This document shows, one piece after another, positions 1-6,900 of a DNA stretch of 7,667 nt. The position numbers were made by a program, and so were the translations under genes. The stretch's first letter is position 1, and each line of letters begins with the position of its first letter. This DNA comes from Amoeboradix gromovi X-113 (lineage: Eukaryota > Fungi > Sanchytriomycota), in the NCBI GenBank assembly GCA_018985225.1, contig JADGIF010000497.1, positions 1-7,667 of the forward strand, in the 5' to 3' direction. Under the pieces are notes generated by a model. The model saw nothing but the letters and a program-made list of their open reading frames with translations, did not search any database and had not been told where the DNA came from.

Positions 1-117
1 GGGTCATCTTGTCTTGTTTTAAAAAGAGGAATATAATCAATGAAAGAAAATTGGTATAATAGAAGATCTTTTATTAATGATAGCATTTCCTCCGTATGGA
101 GCACCTCCTTTAAAAAC

Positions 118-148
118 GAGTTAGTCTAGTTTTTATATTTGGTGTCCC
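118..148. repeat. Transposon terminal repeat (second element end), identical to 2271-2301 and in the same orientation
   Basis: GAGTTAGTCTAGTTTTTATATTTGGTGTCCC matches 2271-2301 at 31/31 positions (the next base, A, is also shared). The flanks differ on both sides. Confidence 0.85.
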
Positions 149-149
149 A

Positions 150-1109
150 GACGTATGTGACACTTGTACTGTATTTCGTGAAGAATTGAATGTCATCGAT
201 CTTTCGGAAATTTCGACTTTAGAATTAACAACCAACTTTCAGTTACATTTAAGACAAGCTAAATTAGCACGATTAGATTACAATAATGACCATCTTCGAC
301 AAGGTTACTCCCACATTTCATTTGATTACAGCCAAAACTTGAGTCTACCACAATTACACGATCAACCAAGTGACTTTTATTTCTTGTCATTATTAAATAT
401 CAATTTATTTGGAATTCACAACGAAACACACCACCGTCAAATGAACTACGTGTATCGTGAAGATCAAGGCAGAAAAGCAAGTAATAATGTAGCTACACTG
501 CTGTTGGATTATATTTATTGTTTACCAAAAGAACAGCGTATGAATTTGATTTTACATGCAGACAACTGCGTTGGTCAAAATAAAAATAACACTATTATTA
601 AATTACTCAGTTGGACGTGTCTGCTCAGAAAGTGTAATACGATTGAATTCAAGTTTATGATGAAAGGACACACGAAATTCAGTCCAGATAGTGGCTTTGG
701 TCATATCAAAAAGAAATTTGCAAGAGAAAATATATTTAATTTGGATCAAATCAAATCTATTATAGAGACGTCTTCAGTAACAAATGAATGCAAGACATTT
801 CCAAGTCATCGCTTCAAAGACTACCGAACAAAATTAGATCTTGTGTTTGCGGACATCTCTGGCATTGCAAAATATCACATGTTTTTATTCAAGGCTGAAT
901 GTCCTGGTGTTGTGTTTTGCAAGAAATTGGTGAATGATCCTACATTTGTGGAATTCAGTACACTAATTGAAGACGACTTGAGTCAAAATGACTATTTATT
1001 TACACCAGACTCATTAATTCCAACTGGGTTGACTGAAAGAAAGAAACGAGACATCAACCATGCGTTAAGATACATTCCTGAGGAATTCCATGCTTTTTAT
1101 GGTGATTGA
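150..1109 (+). CDS. Sola1-type DDD transposase, 5'-truncated (catalytic core intact)
   Basis: Motifs SFDYSQNLSLP (D at 324-326), YFLSLLNINLFGIH, REDQGRKASNNVATLL, LHADNCVGQNKN (D at 561-563) and KGHTKFSPDSGFGHIKK (D at 687-689) match the FD / DNCxGQNKN / GHxxxxxD pattern of this family. The frame extends upstream of the track's TTG start (186) as DVCDTCTVFREEL from 150, the family's DxCxxC motif. There is no ATG upstream; the frame runs into the TIR and a TAA at 111-113. Confidence 0.8.
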   Translation, partial: DVCDTCTVFREELNVIDLSEISTLELTTNFQLHLRQAKLARLDYNNDHLRQGYSHISFDYSQNLSLPQLHDQPSDFYFLSLLNINLFGIHNETHHRQMNYVYREDQGRKASNNVATLLLDYIYCLPKEQRMNLILHADNCVGQNKNNTIIKLLSWTCLLRKCNTIEFKFMMKGHTKFSPDSGFGHIKKKFARENIFNLDQIKSIIETSSVTNECKTFPSHRFKDYRTKLDLVFADISGIAKYHMFLFKAECPGVVFCKKLVNDPTFVEFSTLIEDDLSQNDYLFTPDSLIPTGLTERKKRDINHALRYIPEEFHAFYGD

Positions 1110-1146
1110 AATAAATAAATAATAATTATTTTCAATTGAATATTTA

Positions 1147-1497
1147 ATGATACATTCAACTGAACCCATTATTCAAATTAATGTAGATGAATTTCCGTAT
1201 AGTACTTTTGCTGAATTTAAACAGGTGTACTTTACACATTTACCTGGGACAAATGTCAATCAAATCCCAGAACCTATATTGGCCGATTATTACACCAAAT
1301 GGTATTACTGGAATATGAGCAAGTCTAAACAAAAAGACATGAAATTCCCACTAGTGTTTTTTCCAATGGATTGGTTTTTTGTTGTGTATTCAACCAATGA
1401 AACGTATTGTAATGATGAACTTGAATTAAAAAAGTTAGCATTTGATGCGGTTAAAAACAAACCAGACGTCATGAAAGAATATTTAATTAGTGAATAA
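1147..1497 (+). CDS. Hypothetical 116-aa protein, transposon cargo
   Basis: ATG-initiated ORF 37 bp after the transposase stop, with protein-like, aromatic-rich composition. AATAAA overlaps its stop (1493-1498). No family recognised. Confidence 0.55.
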   Translation: MIHSTEPIIQINVDEFPYSTFAEFKQVYFTHLPGTNVNQIPEPILADYYTKWYYWNMSKSKQKDMKFPLVFFPMDWFFVVYSTNETYCNDELELKKLAFDAVKNKPDVMKEYLISE

Positions 1498-1593
1498 ACT
1501 ACCACGCATCCTTTAAAGAATTTAAATATTGATTGCGATCTGTAAAAACAGATTGCGCAAGATTATAGTTACTCTCTTCTTCAACTAAATTAG

Positions 1594-2049
1594 TTACAGT
1601 ATACCCTTTTTGATAAATTTCATAGTTTTATCTTTTATTTCACTTTCAACATAATCAGATACTTTTTGCTGTTTAGCATTCTTGAACATGAATTTAACAA
1701 ACTTGATGCAAAAATTTCGACAGTTATTATCGAACAAGTTGTACCCATTCTCTTGAATTTCTCCTTGAAATGATACCAATTCATCTTTACGAATCATAAT
1801 TGAACTTTCCTTATGTAATGTAGTAATAATATTTTCTTCCTCTGTAATATTAGCATCATAAACACTTTTGATCTGACTATTTCTCATAAAATTAAACAAA
1901 TACGTTTGTCTTGCACCTTGGAATCCAATTGTTTGTAATTTGAAACCTGTATGATGAACCAAATCATCATATTTAACAATACTGACATTATAAACTGCTA
2001 AAAATGGCCAACCTTCATAAACTTCATTTCAGTATGCTCTATCAATCAT
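1594..2049 (-). pseudogene. PPPDE/DeSI-like (permuted NlpC/P60 papain-fold) cysteine protease, transposon cargo; the only upstream in-frame ATG is separated from the body by a TGA
   Basis: LVHHTGF (His at 1951-1956) ... GFQG ... GYNLFDNNCRNFC (Cys at 1720-1722) gives the His-first, YxLxxxNCxxF-second arrangement of permuted NlpC/P60 enzymes, about 77 residues apart. The frame is open from 2028 to 1594. The in-frame ATG at 2049-2047 gives MIDRAY*NEVYEGWPFLAVYNVSIVKYDDLVHHTG, with TGA at 2031-2029. Confidence 0.6.
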
Positions 2050-2145
2050 GAAAAATGTCAAACATGAATTCTATCTCTTTTCAAATTTCTTTTATAAAAC
2101 ATGGCTCTACGAATCACTTTTAGACACTAATAACCTAGAAAAAAA

Positions 2146-2292
2146 TCTAGTTTTTATATTGGAATTGACAAAAAATACCCAAATTGAATGGCTAATATTA
2201 GTTAGTCTAGTTTTTATATTCGAAATACAATAAAAACTTCAAATCAATTTATCTCGAAATGACTTTTCAAGAGTTAGTCTAGTTTTTATATT
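2146..2292 (+). repeat. Subterminal direct repeats with core TCTAGTTTTTATATT (probable transposase-binding sites)
   Basis: TCTAGTTTTTATATT at 2146-2160, AGTTAGTCTAGTTTTTATATT at 2200-2220, and the TIR copy from 2271. A partial inverted copy, ATAAAAACT, lies at 2230-2238. Confidence 0.8.
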
Positions 2293-2301
2293 TGGTGTCC
2301 C
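2271..2301. repeat. Right terminal inverted repeat of the transposon (reads 5'-GGGACACCAAATATAAAAACTAGACTAACTC on the minus strand)
   Basis: Exact copy at 118-148. It lies downstream of the transposase and cargo ORFs and is preceded by internal copies of its core motif. Confidence 0.8.
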
Positions 2302-2972
2302 ATTTCGCATATTCTGATGCGATAAAATTGCTCAAGTCGTAGATCTGCAAAGTGTTGAATGGTGACAAAATACCAGTACCAATAAAAAGAAGTCCTATGA
2401 TATTGAGAGTTGTTTATTTTTTGTCTTTTTCACTTTCACGCCAACGGTGAAAATTCTCTGTTTTCTCTTAAATCTAGGAATTAACTAGTAGTTCCCCGCC
2501 GAATTTTGAAGGGTCTTATCTATCCTACGTAAAATAGATGGCGAAGGCAAATGTGGGACTTTAAAGAAGATCATGGCCTTGTCAAAATAGAATCATCAAT
2601 TGGTTAAAAGTCTATTACTTAGTAAATTTTTTTTTCATGAAATGAATGGTATCTATAAAGTACTCTTCAAGTAGAAAACTGGTTAAGACTTTAAACCTGC
2701 AGTGATTCATTAAAATGTATATACAAGCCACAGTTATTACTATTGAAATGGTAATAAAAGCTAGGAACAAAGGATTAAGGAAAATACGTTCTCCAGCACA
2801 GGGTGAAAGTGAAGAATCGCCATACTATGGTAATTGCTTCATCATACACGCCAAAGAAGTATATACGGTGAGATAAGAACTACCTTAAATGCGTTGTTTT
2901 ACCGCTATAATTATGCAAATGAGAATGATGTACACTAGATTGCACTGAAGTACTAAGAGTCTAGTCTGTCTG

Positions 2973-3839
2973 ATGTCCACAGTTCATGGAAGTGGATTAA
3001 ACCTAGGGGTCAAATTTCAATTTATGATTTTACTGGGGAGTGATTTATTCTCAGTAATGGTTTACATTGGTCTCAAGAAAAGATTTAATGTTAAATTCAT
3101 GTGCAAGCATTGCTCAGTTCCTTTTTCAGATATCAATATAGTAGCATCTTACGGTATAAAAATCCCACAGTCAGTCGTTAAGAAAGGACTATGGATAAAC
3201 GTGCACCCTTCGTTGTTGCCTGAGTTTAGAGGTCCTACACCTATTGAATATAGTTTGCTATATGGGCGTAAAATGGGAATATCATTAATCACATTGGATG
3301 ACAAAATGGACTGTGGTGAGTTATACGGCCAGCTCGAAATACCCTACCGCATTTTGCCTTATTACCAATGTGTAATATATCATGCCGAGTACTCTGTTCA
3401 AATTTTGTCCTCTATACTGCCGTCTATAAAGAAAATAAAAACTGTTCCGCAATGCGGTATAGTTTCCTACTCGAAAAAGCTCTCCTCTCAACTAGCAGTT
3501 GTAGACTTCAACAAACTTACTAGCGTAGATATTTTAAAAAGATTCTATTCTATTTCTCATAGATATCGCTTAAGAGCAGTATGGCGAAATAACCTAATGT
3601 TCTTAGACAGTCTGGAACTAAATATTTCTAGTTTAGCACCAGGTGAATTCAAATTGCATAGAGATTATATGGATGTAGGCTGCTTAGCAGGATCACTGCG
3701 TATAAATAAAGTAAGTAGACTAACTGGCAAAATATGCAGTCCCATTTCATTCTTTAATGGACTAAGATATAACGAGAAGCATGGGAGATTTTGTCCAAAT
3801 TTAGAGGATCTTGGAAAACAAGAAAGAGTAAATATTTAA
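2973..3839 (+). CDS. FMT1: Methionyl-tRNA formyltransferase (mitochondrial type); the true start may be the ATG at 3024
   Basis: ILLGSDLFS N-terminal motif, DINIVASYG, INVHPSLLPEFRGPTPI (formyltransferase NxH/SLLP signature), GISLITLDDKMDCG (catalytic Asp), and FMT C-terminal domain motifs VDFNKLTSVDILKR and PGEF...VGCLAGSLRI...GK...FFNG. Confidence 0.88.
   Translation: MSTVHGSGLNLGVKFQFMILLGSDLFSVMVYIGLKKRFNVKFMCKHCSVPFSDINIVASYGIKIPQSVVKKGLWINVHPSLLPEFRGPTPIEYSLLYGRKMGISLITLDDKMDCGELYGQLEIPYRILPYYQCVIYHAEYSVQILSSILPSIKKIKTVPQCGIVSYSKKLSSQLAVVDFNKLTSVDILKRFYSISHRYRLRAVWRNNLMFLDSLELNISSLAPGEFKLHRDYMDVGCLAGSLRINKVSRLTGKICSPISFFNGLRYNEKHGRFCPNLEDLGKQERVNI
3005..3023 (+). promoter_or_regulatory. 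Putative core-promoter motif AGGGGTC plus AAATTT upstream of ATG 3024
   Basis: AGGGGTC at 3005-3011 ends 12 nt before ATG 3024. The same heptamer precedes the next gene. Confidence 0.35.
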
Positions 3840-3951
3840 TTTGTTTTTTGAATCAATTGTAGAACGAACACAGTGTACCAATTTAGCTTAGCAAAGTTCT
3901 TAGCGAAGTCAATTTTTATTTGAAATAATTTTCTTCGATTTTAATTTCAGA

Positions 3952-3958
3952 AGGGGTC
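3952..3958 (+). promoter_or_regulatory. Putative core-promoter motif AGGGGTC upstream of the KDM5-like ATG
   Basis: AGGGGTC ends 20 nt before ATG 3979 and follows an AT-rich tract. Confidence 0.35.
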
Positions 3959-3978
3959 CGAGCAAAGATTTTGTTTCA

Positions 3979-6900
3979 ATGAATAACAGCTTTTTGGATA
4001 TTCAAGATGGTGTACAGTTCTTAAAGGAGTTGAGACAGAAGAATAACGATCAGCCTGGTTATCTAATTAATCTTGAAAACTGGTATGAACAACAAATAGT
4101 CCCATTTCAAAACTTTCCTTCACCATTGAAGGCGGTAGCATGCGTTTTCCCATGCATACAGCCTGACAATTATTTGGGTATGCTAAAGAAGTTTTGTCAG
4201 CGAAAGAAACTGAGGTTACCAAAAGAAATTGATAACATGTACGTAGATTGGATTGATATCAAAACTAAAGTCGATCAATTCCACGGTGCTAAGATGGTTA
4301 GCTCTAAAAGGCAATGGTACTTTGTAAGTCAGTGTTGCGGTATCTTAAATCAGGAAAAGTTAAAGCAATACTACTTTCAATACGTACGAAAGTTTGAAGA
4401 ATATACTGAAAGTATCGGACTAGACCCACTAGACTATGGGAATGGTGGATTCTTAGCCCAGAAACAGGCTGATTTTGAATTTGAAAACGTAGACGCATTT
4501 AATGCGGCTAATCGTGAGTCAGCAAGTGGCACTTTGGAGTTGTACAATTTTTATTTAGCTGCCAACCCAGCTCTAGTCGATAACCTTGGCTCCAAGCTGG
4601 AGTTCTTCTGGAATGAGTTGATTGGGGGCAAAAGTCAAAATTACTTCAACGTATTAAAACTGAAATCGGATGATTTAGAATTGTCTCTATTTCCCCCTAT
4701 TTATAGCAACATAAAAGGATTTAATCATGCTCTAAACTTTAACAAGCTAAGAAACACGCAGGACAGCCTTTTGCGCTATGGGTTCTGGAAAGGTGATGAC
4801 TTTGAAGAGTCCTCGATTGAAATTGGGTCACTGTTTTCTTACACATTATGGGAAACAAATCAGCAGTTTATGTACTCTCTTTATGTGGTACATCAAGGTG
4901 AGCCGCGGGTGTGGTATACGATAGCGAGTAAGCACATATCAAAGCTTTACAACCTTATCAATAGTAAATATCCAGAAATATTACAAAATGACGGCATTCC
5001 ACTTCGTATTCCGGTGCCATTGGAAATAAAAGAACTCAAAGAAGCCTCTATTCCATATGTTAGTTACACGCAGCTTCAAGGTCAGGTACTAGCTATATTC
5101 CCTGGCACTTACTATTTCCATGTTGATTTGGGTATTAATGTTGTCGAAAGACTCAACTTGTGTATTCCGGACTGGTTACCACATGGCATGAAGTACAAGA
5201 AGTTTTGTGAAGCCATGTCAATCTCTCCATCTCTATGCATTGAAGAATTGATTTTCAAACAAGTTATGTATCGTGGCGGTGATAAGTCTCATTCAAAGTG
5301 GATTAAAAATTTTTGGAAGCAAGTAGCTAATCAGGAAGTACAAATGAGATGTCAAATGATGTACTATTTTGACGATTTAGAATTTTTTCCATTGCCTTTA
5401 AAGGATGTATGCGCTCGCAAATGTTCTCTGACTAATTGGCCTACCTATTTCACTTTCTTAGAAGATGAAGAAGGAAAAATATACCATCCTAAAGCGCTGA
5501 TGGAGCTTTCCAGTTTACTAGACATTGAATCATTGAACTGTTACGTCTACATATCAGATCTTGAGTTCCAAACAATTCATGATCAGCTATCTACTGTGTC
5601 TCTGGGCGATCGTCATTTCTGGAATATGCATGTTGCCAGTTGTTTAAATGAGAAGTTAAAAAGCACTGACATTGAGAGATTCATTGAAATGGGTCTATCT
5701 TTGGACGACAACTTGGAAGAGGTTGGATTTTTAAACAACTATGCCTTGTATGTAAAGAAAATTGCAAACCAATTACCAAAGCTACCAATATATGATGGTC
5801 AATTTAGAGGTAGAAAGGATCATAAAAGTAGGTATACTTACGAGCAAATTCGAAAACTGGATGATGCTTTGCAGTCGCTAGAAATAGATTTGGAAGACTT
5901 GAATACTTTCCATATCAAGTTCAGTCATTTGCAGCAACTACAAGAGAAGTTGGAGAATGCGATTTTAAAACATCCATCAAAGCCAACAATTAGAGACATC
6001 AAACGTAATTGTGAGCGCAGCGGTGTACTAATGGACCAGCATTTACTGCAAGTTGAGGATGTGGAACCTATTGAAAAGCAGCACATTGACGGGTTTTCGT
6101 TCTATCCAAATACTATAAACAAGCAAGAATTGGAATCTAATTATCAATTTATTATTCCGCACTCTGATATTGTGGCACAAATCATCAGCCAGTTAAAAGC
6201 CAACTTTATTTTTGAAGATGAACTAGATGTTGCAATGCACTGTTTAAGTAGATCGGCAATTTCTAATGAGAATGCCAAATTTTTGATCAACAGATCTGAC
6301 CAATACTTCACCGCTAAACAGCATTTGGAAGCATTGCTTAATCAATTGATGTCATCCGAATTTCAGCTTTTCACTCAAATTGTCAAGTTATTAGAATTTC
6401 AGGTTTTGCCATCTCACTCATGCTGTTTGCGCATAGTAAAAGTCATTGAGCATTTCAAATACATATATAACTCTTACAGAATCAACGATCTGTCATTTTT
6501 ACATGCTATATCTAACATTAACTCATTGTCGCCAGCCGTTACAGATTTAAATGAATTTTCAACTTACGTAAAATCCATTCGCCAATCGTTTATTACCGCA
6601 GGTGAAATAGTGCAATATAACATAAACATTGGAACAAAATGGATTAATTCATTCGAACACATCGTTAATAAGGGATATAAATGTAATGATTTGATGTGCT
6701 ATTGCAAATCTAACATTTCGGTGAATGAAATGGCGGAGTGCTATTCTTGTGGTATAAAATATCACAGGGAATGTGTTCAGATTAAGCATCGCAGTGCTTA
6801 TAAATGTGGCGTTTGCAAAGGCGACTTTAGTGGAATTACTTTTTTACAAATTAGCAGGGACTATAAAAGCGATGTGTTAATGGAAGGGTGTGTTAAATTT

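Larger units (their letters stand above)
149..2301 (+). mobile_element. Sola1-like DNA transposon, right portion (transposase, two cargo ORFs, subterminal repeats, right TIR); 5' part interrupted at 148/149
   Basis: DDD transposase frame at 150-1109. Terminal sequence GAGTTAGTCTAGTTTTTATATTTGGTGTCCC at 2271-2301, with partial copies at 2146-2160 and 2200-2220. An identical terminus at 118-148 defines where the repeat ends. It is followed by ATTT (2302-2305), which fits the AWWT-type 4-bp target preference as I recall it for Sola1. Confidence 0.75.

Noticed and set aside
1-148. Self-contained MITE (GGGTCATC resembles the TIR start GGGACACC; 16-29 and 104-117 form a 12/14 inverted match)
   Set aside because: TIR similarity stops after 8 bp (6/8) and the left flank is outside the window, so it cannot be supported.
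186-188. TTG start of the transposase in the ORF track
   Set aside because: The conserved DxCxxC motif lies in frame upstream (150-167), so the gene is truncated rather than initiated here.
1305-1505. 66-aa minus-strand ORF
   Set aside because: Antisense shadow of the 1147-1497 ORF with a non-ATG start.
2048-2233. 61-aa plus-strand ORF
   Set aside because: It translates the subterminal repeats (LVFI twice) and has no independent coding evidence.
2146-2301. CRISPR-like array (three repeats with 39- and 50-nt spacers)
   Set aside because: The repeats are unequal in length, the last is the transposon terminus duplicated at 118-148, the context is eukaryotic and there are no cas genes. Subterminal repeats explain it better.
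118-2301. LTR or direct-repeat-bounded element
   Set aside because: The repeat is only 31 bp, there are no retroelement genes, and the first copy truncates the transposase, which fits two TIR ends in the same orientation.
2305-2322. TCGCAT/ATGCGA hairpin next to the TIR
   Set aside because: A 6-bp stem is within chance expectation.
4304-4498. 64-aa minus-strand ORF
   Set aside because: Antisense to the KDM5-like CDS, with no motifs.
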